A stretch of DNA of 64,000 nt from Macrostomum lignano. Taxonomy: Eukaryota. The position numbers and the translations under genes were made by a program. Of the stretch, positions 1 through 14,040 are shown in pieces; position 1 is the stretch's first letter, and every line of letters starts with the position of its first letter. Below the pieces are notes generated by a model that saw only the letters and a list, made by a program, of their open reading frames with translations, did no database searches and was not told the origin of the DNA. The stretch is taken from NCBI GenBank assembly GCA_002269645.1, contig NIVC01000886.1, positions 186,001-250,000 of the forward strand, written 5' to 3'.

Positions 1-519
1 TCTACACTAAACTCATAGCCACAGGCGCAATCTACATTCGTTAGCTCGTGATGCAAAGGAGGTTTTATTATTTGTGTAATAAATCAACGCTCGAGCTGTC
101 CAACCGGCCCCGCCACTCACCCACGAACTTTCTTTGTGCTCCAACTCGAGTGGAGGCTTCACAATCGCCTCCTCAAGCAACCCTGGCCAAATTGTATAAG
201 GCAACTAGGATCCCCCATAACCTGGCATAGCAACCGACTCGTCTGCATCATCTGCATGCTTCGCTGCATGCCCGCCAGCCCAGCAAAAGTGCACCGACAG
301 GAGGCAGAGACTTGAGCAAATTTCAGTTATGCGATAGGTTTTGGATTAGTTGCTAGAGTAGCGGCTTGGCCTGACCGGCTGGGCAAACAGTTTGCGGATT
401 CTGGGATTTTCTCCCCGATCTGGGGACTGAAAATTACGGCTGGGGTTGTTCGGGGGAAACTTTTTTATCCGACACTCAGTCGGTGCAGTCGCTCAGTTGA
501 TCAGCTGATCATTTCGTTC

Positions 520-1300
520 CTCAGTCACTCAGTCAGTCATCAGTCAGTCAGTTAGTCACTCAGTTAGTCATTCACTGATTCACTCAGTCAGTCACTAATT
601 CACTGATTCAGTCAGTCAGTCACTCATTCACTGATTCAGTCAGTCACTCATTCATTGATTCACTTAGTCAGTCACTCAGTAACTCAATCACTCAGTCCCT
701 CAGTCAATCAGTCACTCAGTAACTCAGTCGCTCAGTCACTCAGTCACTCAATCACTCAGTCACTCAATCACTCAGTCACTCAATCACTCAGTCACTCAAT
801 CACTCAGTCACTCAATCACTCAGTAACTCAGTAACTCAGTCACTCAATCACTCAGTCACTCAGTCACTCAATCACTCAGTCACTCAATCACTCAGTCACT
901 CAATCACTCAGTCACTCAATCACTCAGTAACTCAGTCACTCAGTCACTCAATCACTCAGTCACTCAGTCACTCAATCACTCAGTCACTCAATCACTCAGT
1001 CACTCAATCACTCAGTCACTCAATCACTCAGTAACTCAGTCACTCAGTCACTCAATCACTCAGTCACTCAGTCACTCAGTCACTCAGTCACTCAGTCACT
1101 CAGTCACTCAGTCACCCAGTAGTCACTCAGTCAATCAGTAACTAAACCACTCAGTCAGTCAACCATTCATTGATTCACTCAGTCAGTCACTAAGTCACCC
1201 AGTAGTCAATCAGTCACTCAATCACGCAGTCACTCAGTCACCCAGTAGTCACACAACCAATTAGTCATGTCATTTCTTCGTCACTGCATAATTTAATCAC
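520..1300. repeat. CAGT / 8-bp TCACTCA(G/A) tandem array
   Basis: Direct reading: (tcactcag/tcactcaa)n grading into CAGT units. Confidence 0.9.
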
Positions 1301-2021
1301 TCACTCACTACTGCACAACTAACTAAAATCCCACTAAATCCCGACACACTAGCAGCTGGCATTTTAATCCCTCGCTCAGCTTTCACAACAGAAGCTGAGC
1401 ACCGCAACTCACTGATTGGCTGGCTCAGCACTAGCAGGTCCTCGTGTAGCGCACGTGTCCACTCAGCACCCGGCAACCTCAGCCTCAGCCATCCCTCAGT
1501 CTCCACCTCAGCTCTCCTCCCCTGCCATCCACTCAGCTCCCAGTCGAGCTCCGCGTGCCCACGCACTCCTGCAAGCTCCTCTCTGGTTAAGAAACTCGGC
1601 AGGTCCGCCTTCTTCTCGGCTTGATAATAAGGCTGCTCTAGTGAGCACAGATCGAGTTGAGAGAGAGAGACAGAGAAAGAAAATAAGGTTACAGCAGCAG
1701 CAACATAAAAAATCGCACCCCAACCTCTCACATCTCCCACTTCATCTAATTAACCGCTCGGCAACTCCAGTCTCCAGAATCTACTGAGTTTTACTTTTTT
1801 ATAAGTTATTATAGCACTATAGTGAGCCGCCAAAGGATCACAGGATAAGGGCGGCTATGCTACCTCAAGGCTAAGTAAACATTTTCAAAGCCGAAATTAA
1901 GAAGAAACCATGTCGCATTCGTGCGCTCAGCGAAATGCAAGAATTCGGTGAGTTTTCCTGGAAATAAAAATTCCAAGTTTGTTCAAAATTGCTAAAATGA
2001 TTTTTTAGCTGAATAACTAGG

Positions 2022-3368
2022 GCATAGCAACCAAATAACCAATAGCATAGCAACCAGATAATCAACTACATAGCAACCAGATAATCAACTGTATAGCAAC
2101 TGGATAATCAACAGCATAGCAACCAGATAATCAACTACATAGCAACCAGATAATCAACTGCATAGCAACCAAATAACCAATAGCATAGCAACCAGATAAT
2201 CAACTGCATAGCAACCAAATAACCAATAGCATAGCAACCAGATAATCAACTGCACAGCAACCAGATAATCAACTACATAGCAACCAGATAACCAACAGCA
2301 TAGCAACCGGATAATCAACAGCATAGCAACCAGATAATCAACAACATAGCAACCAGATAATCAACAACATAGCAACCAGATAATCAACAGCATAGCAACC
2401 AGATAACCAACTGCATAGCAACCAGATAATCAACTGCATAGCAACCAGATAATCAACAGCATAGCAACCAGATAATCAACTACATAGCAACCAGATAATC
2501 AACTGCATAGCAACCAAAATAACCAATAGCATAGCAACCAGATAATCAACTGCATAGCAACCAAATAACCAATAGCATAGCAACCAGATAATCAACTGCA
2601 CAGCAACCAGATAATCAACTACATAGCAACCAGATAACCAACAGCATAGCAACCGGATAATCAACAGCATAGCAACCAGATAATCAACAACATAGCAACC
2701 AGATAATCAACAACATAGCAACCAGATAATCAACAGCATAGCAACCAGATAACCAACTGCATAGCAACCAGATAATCAACTGCATAGCAACCAGATAATC
2801 AAAAACATAGCAACCAAATAACCAACAGCACAGCAACCAGATAACCAACAGCATAGCAACCAGATAATCAACAACATAGCAACCAGATAATCAACAACAT
2901 AGCAACCAGATAATCAACAACATAGCAACCAGATAATCAACTGCATAGCAACCAGATAACCAACAGCATAGCAACCAGATAATCAACAACATAGCAACCA
3001 GATAATCAACAACATAGCAACCAGATAATCAACTGCATAGCAACCAGATAATCAACTGCATAGCAACCAGATAATCAACTGCATAGCAACCAGATAATCA
3101 AAAACATAGCAACCAAATAACCAACAGCACAGCAACCAGATAACCAACAGCATAGCAACCAGATAATCAACAACATAGCAACCAGATAATCAACAACACA
3201 GCAACCAGATAATCAAAAACATAGCAACCAAATAACCAACAGCACAGCAACCAGATAACCAACAGCATAGCAACCAGATAACCAACAGCATAGCAACCAG
3301 ATAATCAACTGCACAGCAACCAGATAATCAACTGCATAGCAACCAGATAATCAATAGCATAGCAACCA
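2022..3368. repeat. 23-bp minisatellite
   Basis: Unit atagcaaccagataatcaac(tgc/aac/agc); ends about 27 nt before the E1 acceptor. Confidence 0.95.
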
Positions 3369-3395
3369 GTTTCGAACAATTAACTCTCTCTACAG

Positions 3396-3806
3396 CCGCT
3401 GGCTCGATGGCACGGTCCAGTGGCAGGAATTTCTCACATCAGCTCACCTTCTGGCAGCTGCCGCTCCATCAGAAGTTGGTAACAGCGAAATCCGCCACTC
3501 GGAAGTCAGATCTCGAGGCCTCTGTCTTGTTGCTGAGGCTGTCTCGGACAGAGCCACGAAACTGGCCGAATCGCTTCTATTTGAACCCGACTCAGAAGAA
3601 TCCAAAAATGGTCTGATTGAGCTCACCGATGAGTACGTCTACTCTGAGGAGACCGGAACCATCCGGAGGAGGCGAAATGGCGAGAAGAGGCTGCCAGCAA
3701 CCTCCGTGCCAGCAGCCATCGCTGTGGAGTCTTCTTTGGCTAAAACTGAAGTTCTGCAACTGCTGCAACAGCACAGGGACCGGCTGGGGTGTCTGCAGAC
3801 CGAGTG
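3396..3806 (+). CDS. Dys: Dystrophin-family rod-domain exon (E1 in window), phase 2-2
   Basis: Acceptor ctctctctacag at 3395 and donor GTGGGT at 3807. The 411 nt are open (RWLDGTVQWQEFLTSAHLL...LLQQHRDRLGCLQTE) with spectrin-like helical ends, and chain in phase with the acceptor at 21735. Assignment to the gene rests on phase and linkage, not on strong motif identity. Confidence 0.65.
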
Positions 3807-3813
3807 GTGGGTT

Positions 3814-5395
3814 CTTGTCTACTTCTCACCCTGTGTCCTCTTGGTTCCTGCCTACTTCTCACCCTGTGTCCTCTTGGTTCGTGTCTACTTCTCACCCCCT
3901 GTGTTCTCTTTGTTTATGTCTACTTCTCACCCCCAGTGTCCTCTTGGTTCCTACCTACTTCTCACCCCCTGTGTTCTCTTGGTTATTGTCTACTTCTCAT
4001 CCTGTGTCATCTTGGTTCCTGCCTACTTCTCACCCCCTGTGTTCTCTTGGTTATTGTCTACTTCTCATCCTGTGTCATCTTGGTTCCTGCCTACTTCTCA
4101 CCCCCTGTGTTCTCTTGGTTGTTGTCTACTTCTCATCCTGTGTCATCTTGGTTCCTGCTTACTTCTCACCCCCTGTGTTCTCTTGGTTATTGTCTACTTC
4201 TCATCCTGTGTCATCTTGGTTCCTGCCTACTTCTCACCCCTGTGTCCTCTTGGTTCTTGTATACTTCTCACCCCCTGTGTTCACTTGGTTCTTGTCTACT
4301 TCTCACCCCCTGTGTTCTCTTGGTTCGTGTCTACTTCTCACCCCTGTGTCCTCTTGGTTCTTGCATACTTCTCACCCCCTGTGTTCACTTGGTTCTTGTC
4401 TACTTCTCACCCCCTGTGTTCTCTTGGTTCGTGTCTACTTCTCACCCCGTGTCCAATTGGTTATCGTCTACTTTTCACCCCGTTTCCAATTGGTTCTTGT
4501 CTACTTCTCACCCCTGTGTCCAATTGGTTCTTGTCTACTTCTCACCCCTGTGTTCTCTTGGTTCGTGTCTACTTCTCACCCTGTGTCCTCTTGGTTCTTG
4601 TATACTTCCCACCCCCTGTGTTCACTTCGTTCTTGTCTACTTCTCACCCCCTGTGTTCTCTTGGTTCGTGTCTACTTCTCACCCCGTGTCCAATTGGTTA
4701 TTGTCTACTTCTCACCCCCGTGTCCAATTGGTTTTTGTCTACTTCTCACCCCCGTGTACAATTGGTCATTGTCTACTTCTCACCCCCGTGTCCAATTGGT
4801 TATTGTCTACTTCTCACCCCTGTGTCCAATTGGTTCTTGTCTACTTTTCACCCCTGTGTTCTCTTGGTTCCTATCTACTTCTCACCCCTGTGTCCAATTG
4901 GTCATTGTCTACTTCTCACCCCTGTGTCCTCTTGGTTCGTGTCTACTTCTCGCTCTGTGTTCTCTTGGTTCGTGTCTACTTCTCACCCCTGTATCCTCTT
5001 GGTTCGTGTCTACTTCTCACCCCTGTATCCTCTTGGTTCGTGTCTACTTCTCACCCCCTGTGTTCACTTGGTTCTTGTCTACTTCTCACCCCCTGTGTTC
5101 TCTTGGTTCGTGTCTACTTCTCACCCCTGTATCCTCTTGGTTCGTGTCTACTTCTCACCCCTGTGTTCACTTGGTTCTTGTCTACTTCTCACCCCCTGTG
5201 TTCTCTTGGTTCGTGTCTACTTCTCACCCCCGTGTCCAATTGGTTCTTGTCTACTTCTCACCCTTGTGTTCTCTTGGTTCCTATCTACTTCTCACCCCTG
5301 TGTCCAATTGGTCATTGTCTACTTCTCACCCCTGTGTCCTCTTGGTTCCTGTCTACTTCTCACCATTTTGTTCTCTTGGTTATTGTCTACTTCTC
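3814..5395. repeat. 34-35-bp minisatellite
   Basis: Unit gtctacttctcaccc(c)ctgtgttctcttggttcgt; starts 8 nt after the E1 donor. It lacks stop codons, hence three overlapping spurious ORFs. Confidence 0.95.
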
Positions 5396-6149
5396 AACCC
5401 AGTCTCTTTACCCTCCATCTCTCCATCTCACCTTTCTGTCTCCCTCTTTGTCTCCCTCTCATTTTTCTGCCTCCCTCTCACCCCTCTAGTTCCCCCTCAC
5501 CTGTCTCTATTAGAATCAAACCATTTCTAATGTCCTTCTTAGATGCACTTTCACTACTGAAGATGACATGTCGGAGTAGAATGATTATTGCAGATAATAA
5601 AATCAATTAATCGCAAAAGACACACACAGCAACCGCTACCAGAGCTGCATACTTTAAAGCTTCCGGCCCTGCACAGAGCATTATATAATAATTCCTTTTA
5701 GCCATCGCCCAGCTATATGAGGCTATAGGGTAAGCCTTAAGGCCGTTTGCAATTAATTAATTTGCATAATTATCTTTCTAACCTAGCTGGTAGACCGCCC
5801 CCTCCCCTCCCCCACCGTCCTCTCCAGTTCCTCCATACCGCCTTTCATTTTCTTCCCCAACCCGCTTCCCTGCTCAGCTGGTGAGTTCATCTCACTGTTT
5901 TCCCTTGGCTCCAGATGGGGATCGATAACTCAGTCTACAGGGGGGGGGGGCTTTCTCTAGTGGACTCGGTTGCCAATGGCTCGGATGCCGCTGGATAAAA
6001 TGGTTGCGGGGATTATTAATATGGGGAAGAATTGGAAGTTGGGAAAGTTTGCATCGGTGAGCATACTTTGAGGGAGCGCACTGTTTTATTGTTTGTTGGG
6101 TAGAAATTTATTTATTCTCCTTCCTAGCAACCTTGATTCTGACTTCATA

Positions 6150-6955
6150 TATGTCTGACACAGTTTATCTGACTCTCTCATCTAATTAGTCTCTGGCACA
6201 GTTTATCTGACTCTCATCCAATAGTCTCTGACACAGTTTATATGACTCTCATCCAATAGTCTCTGACACAGTTTATCTGACTCTCATCCAGTTAGTCTCT
6301 GACACAGTTTATCTGACTCTCTCATCCAATAGTCTCTGACACAGTTTATCTGACTCTCTCATTCAATTAGTCTCTGACACCGTTTATCTGACTCTCTCAT
6401 CCAATTAGTCTCTGACACAGTTTATCTGACTCTCTCATCCAATAGTCTCTGAAACAGTTTATCTGACTCTCTCATCCAATTAGTCTCTGACACAGTTTAT
6501 CTGACTCTCTCATCCAATTAGTCTCTGACACAGTTTATCTGACTCTCATCCAATTAGTCTCTGACACAGTTTATCTGACTCTCATCCAATAGTCTCTGAC
6601 ACAGTTTATCTGACTCTCTTATCCAGTTAGTGTCTGACACAGTTTATCTAACTCTCTCATCCAGTTAGTCTCTGACACAGTTTATCTGACTCTCATCCAA
6701 TTAGTCTCTGACACAGTTTATCTGACTCTCTTATCCAGTTAGTGTCTGACACAGTTTATCTGACTCTCTCATCCAATAGTCTCTGACACAGTTTATATGA
6801 CTCTCATCCAATAGTCTCTGACACAGTTTATCTGACTCTCATCCAGTTAGTCTCTGACACAGTTTATCTGACTCTCATCCAATTAGTCTCTGACACAGTT
6901 TATCTGACTCTCTTATCCAGTTAGTGTCTGACACAGTTTATCTGAGTCTTACTCA
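6150..6955. repeat. 35-38-bp minisatellite
   Basis: Unit ctctgacacagtttatctgactct(ct)catccaa(t)tagt. Confidence 0.95.
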
Positions 6956-7479
6956 TATCTCTGAAGCAATAATTACCCCTCTCTGACACACTTCTTTTGA
7001 CTCTCCACCCAATTTTGAATCTGTCAAAACAAGAAAATATCATTCTTGCATTTCTAGGTCGCTAAGCATGGTGTTAGTCTAGTGGACTGTGCTTGCATAT
7101 TTTATAAAGTTTAATAGTACAGAACAGGGAGAGAGATAGAGAGGGAGAGAGAGACATATTATATATAGGAGAGATGAAGACAGGCATTTAAGATGAGCTC
7201 CAGCTCTCTCGTCTAAAAACGGCTGAGTGAAAGGTTTGGATTTTGCTGGCTGAGGTTTTATTTTGCACGGGCTGTTTTTAAGTGCGAGATAATGGGGTGT
7301 TCTCTGAGACTGTAGGAATCTGGTTTCAATTATTTATTTCAATAATCTCACTTATGTCGCACTTAATCTCCGAATATTTATATTTTTTGATGTAAAGAAA
7401 TTTAATTGTTCAACAGATTTGACAGCTGTGGTGAGATTAGATTGGTAGAGGAGAGAAGGTTATGTATGATTAGGCCTAC

Positions 7480-8300
7480 AGAAGACATAAGATTAGATCT
7501 ACAGAAGCTTAGAGATTAGATCTACAGAAGATAAGAGATTAGATCTACAGAAGACAAGATATTAGATCTACAGAAGATAAGAGATTAGATCTACAGAAGA
7601 TAAGAGATTGGATCTACAGAATACAGGAGATTAGATCTACACAAGCTAGGAGATTAGATCTACAGAAGCTAAGATATTAGATCTGCAGAAGACATGAGAT
7701 TAGATCTACACAAGTTAGGAGATTAGATATCAATAAGCTGAGAGATTAGATCTACAGAAGACAAGAGATTAGATCTACAGAAGCTAAGATATTAGATCTG
7801 CAGAAGACATGAGATTAGATCTACACAAGCAAGGAGATTAGATATAAAAAAGCTGAGAGATTAGATCTACAGAAGACAAGATATTAGATATACAGAAGCT
7901 AAGATATTAGATCTACAAAAGACATGAGATTAGATCTACAGAAGACAAGAGATTAGATCTAAAGAAGACAAGAGATTATATCTACAGAAGACAAGAGATT
8001 AGATCTACAGAAGACAAGAGATTATATCTACAGAAGACAAGAGATTAGATTCTACAGAAGACATGAGATTAGATCTACACAAGCTAGGAGATTAGATATC
8101 AATAAGCTGAGAGATTAGATCTTACAGAAGACAAGAGATTCGATCTACAGAAGACAAGAGATTAGATCTACAGAAGACAAGAGATTAGATCCTACAGAAG
8201 ACATGAGATTAGATCTACACAAGCTAGGAGATTAGATATCAATAAACTGAGAGATTAGATCTTACAGAAGACAAGAGATTAGATCTTACAGAAGACAAGA
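7480..8300. repeat. 23-bp minisatellite
   Basis: Unit gagattagatctacagaagacaa. Confidence 0.95.
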
Positions 8301-8889
8301 AAGACTACACCTACACAAGATAGAAGAAGAGATCTAAACAATATAAAAGATTAGGTATGAAGCAAAACATGAAGAATGTTTTAATAACTAGACAAACATG
8401 TCACGTGACTGAGTACTCAAAACTGAAACTCAAAGCCCTTTGTCAAAGGCATTAAAGTAATTAGTTTTTCTGAGGGGAAGGGAGGGGAGCAACACGGGAG
8501 GGCAACGGTGCCACTTGAGAAAGTAGCGGCGTGTCCCTACTCGCTACCTGAACCTTTGTGTCCAAGCCTCGCCCCTTGTCATCGCTAGACAAATCTGAGC
8601 ACGGTGCGGGCGGACGACCCTGGATATTGAGCAGATTTTTTCCCACACTATGCCTCGCTCTGTGCTCACTGGGTGGGCTCAACACCTTGGATAGGCCGGT
8701 TTAGCGAGGCCATACACGCGACCTGATCTGAGGAGGTCAACAATTTGCTTAATCTGGCGGCTTATAGGGAAACCATAAATGTGCCAATCTGTGTATGGAC
8801 TGATTTACTGATAATTTTGTCGCTGCTCGTATGGCTTCTCATTCCTCATCAAGACTGCTAGGCATGGCTCAGCATCTTTCAGTGTGCCT

Positions 8890-9400
8890 ACGTCTCCCTC
8901 TCACCTCTGTCTCCCTCTCACCTCTGTCTCCCTCTCACACCTCTGTCTCTCTCTCACCTCTGTCTCCCTCTCACACCTCTGTCTCTCTCTCACCTCTGTC
9001 TCTCTCTCACCTCTGTCTCCCTCTCACACCTCTGCCTCCCTCTCACCACTGTCTCCCTCTCACCTATCTGTCTCCCTCTCACCTATCTGTCTCCCTCTAA
9101 CCTCTCTGTCTCCCTCTCACCTCTGTCTCCCTCTCACCTCTGTATCCCTCTCACACCTCTGTCTCCCTCTCACCTCTGTCTCCCTCTCACCTCTCTGTCT
9201 CCCTCTCACCTCTGTCTCCCTCTCACACCTCTGTCTCCCTCTCACCTCTCTGTCTCCCTCTCACACCTCTGTCTCCCTCTCACCTCTGTCTCCCTCTCAC
9301 ACCTCTGTCTCCCTCTCACCTCTCTGTCTCCCTCTCACACATCTGTCTTTATCTCAGCTGTCTTTATCTCACCCTGTCTCTATCTCACCCCTATCTCCCT
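8890..9400. repeat. 17-19-bp pyrimidine-rich minisatellite
   Basis: Unit ctc(ac)acctctgtctccct. Confidence 0.9.
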
Positions 9401-10169
9401 CTCCCTCGTCACTCCAGTCTTAGATTTTCATATCCCCATGGGAGCATCCTGAAGTACCACATCAGGTTGTGCTGCTATCTGCTTCAACCTGCTTTGCCTG
9501 TTAAACCGTCCATCTCTCTTTTGCGTCTTTTCAAATTTCTGACCGTCAGTGCTCTGCCCGTCTCATGGACTTGCCCTGAGTAGGTTTTCTCTCAGAGAGT
9601 TAGTTATAGGAAGACTAATGCCTGAGCTTACAGATTTCGGCAAGATTAAAGCCAGGAGATGCCCGGGGGCGTTCTCTCCATCCCGAAACCCCCCCCCCCT
9701 TAAGATTCCAAGACAGCCTCCAGTCTTTTAATAGCCAGTGTAGCCCTCGCAGAAGCAGAGCCAGAGCTGCTTCTGGCTTTCTAGAAGCAGAGACTGACAG
9801 GCCTGAAGTGGGAGAAACACAGCCGATGCAGTGGGGAAGAGCCGGATTAATAAGTAAGTGAGACTGTTTGATGAGGCTGAGGAAAGAAAAATCCATTGAG
9901 TAGTTGAGGTTGGATTGAATGGTTTGGTGAGGGTCAGATGTGAGGATTTCAAAATGTGAATAATTGCAATTTGTACTTGAATAATAGAAAAGATAAGGAA
10001 AAATATGATAAGGTAATAAGTGAGGTGAGATATGTGAGATTATATATAAGAAGAGAGAGAGAGAGCAACTAATGTATTAAACAACGAATAGATAAATGAA
10101 ATAAAATTGAAAGACAAAATAAAGGAATGAAAATTTACAGAAAAAATAAAATACGAGAAATGAAAAAGA

Positions 10170-10400
10170 GGAGAGATGAGAGATAAACAATGAGAGATGA
10201 GAGATGGAGATGAGACATGAGACACGAGAGATTAAAGATGAGAGATTAGAGATCAGAGATGAGAGATGAACGATAAGAGATGCGAGATAAGAGATGAGAG
10301 ATGAGATATGAGAGATGAGAGATGAGAGATGCGAGATGAGAGATGAGAGATGATAGATGAGAGATGAGATATGAGAGATGAGAGATGAGAGATGAGAGAT
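10170..10400. repeat. GAGAT-type microsatellite
   Basis: Degenerate (gagat/gagatga)n. Confidence 0.85.
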
Positions 10401-10873
10401 ACATGTAGAAAAGTCAAAATGGTAGATTTGCAAGAAAATAATTAAAGTGCAAGCTAACACAGTCAACTCCCAGAAAACAATTAAAGCAAGGGAGGCATGC
10501 ATGTCGAAAACCTGCTGTGTTAAATTATGCAAAGCATAGCATTTTTAAGAGTACAGCATTTTGCAACTGCGGTTTACCTACAAATGTCCCAAGCAAAGTT
10601 TTGAACTGTTTTTATTTTGTTATGCAGAAACAATTGGGCGATTTTTTTGGAATGAAGAGCTTTGGAATAAACACTATGGAATGTCATTGTTCTGATTTCC
10701 AATCTCTGCAAGTTCAAACTAGATTTTTTTTAGGTTTGCATTTCCTAAATGTTTTTTGGGAGTGTTGTTCTAAACTTCGTTAGTTTTGTTATGTTTTGAC
10801 TGTGAGAGCTGGAGTCCAGGGTAATATGGAGGTTTTTGATGAGACACTTAGGTTATTTATATTAGGTTTTATA

Positions 10874-11528
<655 letters not shown>

Positions 11529-11859
11529 TGATTACTGATGACTGAGAAGTAGGTTGATAGTGGTAGTGCAGTGAGAATGAGAAGGAGTCTGAAAAAAAGA
11601 TTGATAAAGACAGAGAAGTGAGAATGAGAAGGAGGCTGAGAAGTAGCTTGATGGAGATACAGCACTGAGTATGAAATGGAGGCTGAGAAATGTGCTGGTA
11701 AGATATAGAATAACAGAGATTTAAAAAGTCTCCACACAGCAAGTTTCAATTATCCATTACTATTATAAGTTTCTTAAAAAACCAAAAGCCATAAAAAGTG
11801 GCAGAAAAGTGCGCGCCAAGTCAAGAACAAACCGGATGGATTTTCCGTGTAGGAACCAA

Positions 11860-12180
11860 CTGCAGTCGGGAAGGCATGGCTTGACCCTGAGTGGTTGGCT
11901 GTCAAAACTGCCTGGCAGGTTCAAACCCCAGCATGATGAGGCTTGGCCAAGTGTACAACAATGTCGCTCCCAGGGCTCGCAATGGTTTTCGCATGGCTGC
12001 TTCTTCTGTCGAACAGAAAAAAATCTCTTCTGGCTTTTTTCTTGGCGTACGCAAGGTTGCTGCTTTTAGAAGTCAAGTGAAGTGTGGAGCGCGCCCGCGT
12101 CTTTTGCTTTCAAGTTGGTGGAATTTCTGAAGATTTTTTTAAGTCTCTGTGATTTATTGGCACTCGAAAATTTTGCAAGT
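11860..12180 (+). mobile_element. Dispersed SINE-like repeat copy with a GA-rich tail
   Basis: Homologous to 13835-14040 (ggctcgca.tg.ttttcgcatggctgct...aaaatctcttctgg...cgcaag...gctgctttta...ctcgaaaatttt) and partly to 37020-37140 on the minus strand. A B-box-like GGTTCAAACCC lies at 11918. Confidence 0.5.
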
Positions 12181-12184
12181 TATG

Positions 12185-13835
12185 AAATGCGATATGAGAG
12201 GTAAGAGATAAGAGTTGAGAGACGACAGACGAGAGTTGAGGGATTAAAATGTGAGAGATGAGAGATGAGAGATGAAAAATGAGAGATGAGAGATGAGATG
12301 AATAAATAAGAGATGAGAGATTGGTGATCAGAGATGAGGGATGAGAGGTGAGAGATGAGAGAGGTGAGAGATGATAAATCGGAGATCAGATATTAAGGAG
12401 GAGAGATTAGAGATAAGGGATGAGAGACGAGAGATGATAGATGAGAAATGAGAGATCAGAAATCAGAAAGGAGAGAGGAGAGATGAAAAGTTGGAGATTA
12501 CAGACGAGAGATGATAATTGAGAGATGAGAGATGAGAGATGAAAGTTGAGAGATGAGAGTTAAGAGATTACAGATGAGAGATGATAGATGAGAAATAGGA
12601 GATGAGAGATGAGAGATGAGGGATGAGAGATCATAAAAGAGGATAGATGAGAGATGAGATGAAGAAATAGGAGATTAGAGATGGGTGATGAAAAATGAGA
12701 GACGAGAGATGAGGGATGAGAGGTGAAAGATGAGAGAGATGAGAGATGAGAAATCACAGATCAGAGATCAGAGAGGAGAGAGGAGAGAGGAGAGATGAGA
12801 GCTAAGAGATTAGAGATGAGAGATGATAGATGAGAGATGAAAGATTAGAGATCAGCGATCAAAGAGGAGAGAGGACAGATGAGAGATGAGATGAAGAAAT
12901 AAGAGATGAGAGATGGGTGATGAGAGATGAAAGATGAGGGATGAGAGGTGAAAGATGAGAGATATGAGAGATGAGTGATGAGAAAAGGAGAGATAAGAGA
13001 TGATAGATGAGAAATGAGAGATCAGAGATCAGAGAGGAGAGAGGAGAGAGGAGAGATGAGATATGAGAGACGAGAGAGGAGGGATGAGAGATTATAGAGG
13101 AGAGATAAGATATGAGAGACGACAGAGGAGAGTTGAGGGATTAAAATATGAGAGATGAGAGATGAGAGATGAGAGATTGGTGATCAGAGATGAGGGATGA
13201 GAGGTGAGAGATGAGAGAGGTGAGAGATGAGAAATCAGAGATCAGAGATTAAAGAGGAGAGATTAGAGATGAGGGATGAGAGACGAGAGATGACAGATAA
13301 GAAATCAGAGATCAGAAATCAGACAGGAAAGAGGAGAGATGAAAAGTTGGAGATTACAGACGAGAGATAATAATTGAGAGATGAGAGATGAGAGATGAGA
13401 GATGAAAGTTGAGAGATGAGAGCTAAGAGATTAGAGACGAGAGATGATAGATGAGAGATGAAAGATTAGAGATCAGCGATCAAAGAGGAGAGAGGACAGA
13501 TGAGAGATGAGATGAAGAAATAAGAGATGAGAGATGGGTGATGAGAGATGAAAGATGAGGGATGAGAGGTGAAAGATGAGAGATATGAGAGATGAGTGAT
13601 TAGAAAAGGAGGGATAAGAGATGATAGATGAGAAATGAGAGATCAGAGATCAGAGAGGAGAGAGGAGAGAGGAGAGAGGAGAGATGAGAGATGAGAGACG
13701 AGAGAGTAGGGATAAGAGATTAGAGAGGAGAGATAAGATGAGAGTTGAGAGATGAGAGATGGGAGTTGAGAGATGAGAAATGAAGTGATGAGAAATGAAG
13801 AGATGAGAAATGAGAAATGAGAAATGAAGAAATGA
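12185..13835. repeat. Degenerate GAGAT(GA) array with internal block duplications
   Basis: Purine-rich (gagatga)n lying between the two dispersed-repeat copies. Confidence 0.9.
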
Positions 13836-14040
13836 GAGGTTCAATCACCTGCAGGATCTCCCGTGGCTCGCAGTGTTTTCGCATGGCTGCTCCATCCGTT
13901 GAACAAAAATTTAATTTTGCTAAAAATCTCTTCTGGTATTTCTGGGCGTGCGCAAGACTGCTGCTGCTGTGGCTGCTTTTAAAATTCAAGAGTGAATTTT
14001 ATCTCGAAAATTTTTTATCAAGCCTTTTAATTTTATAAAG
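13835..14040 (+). mobile_element. Second, diverged copy of the dispersed repeat at 11860
   Basis: Shared blocks ttttcgcatggctgct, aaaatctcttctgg, gctgctttta and ctcgaaaatttt. Confidence 0.5.

Noticed and set aside
1416-1787. 123-aa TTG-start ORF
   Set aside because: No ATG and no recognisable domain; more likely promoter or 5' UTR sequence.
1820-1830. 11-nt match (TAGTGAGCCGC) to the LTR 5' end
   Set aside because: Similarity does not extend further; compatible with chance in 64 kb.
3617-5610. Three overlapping ORFs of 566-637 aa
   Set aside because: They are translations of the stop-free 34-35-bp array; only 3396-3806 is exon-like.
9735-9853. Exon-like segment (AG...GTAAGT, open in phase 2-1)
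   Set aside because: It would shift the frame relative to E2, with no partner exon found, and has no spectrin character.
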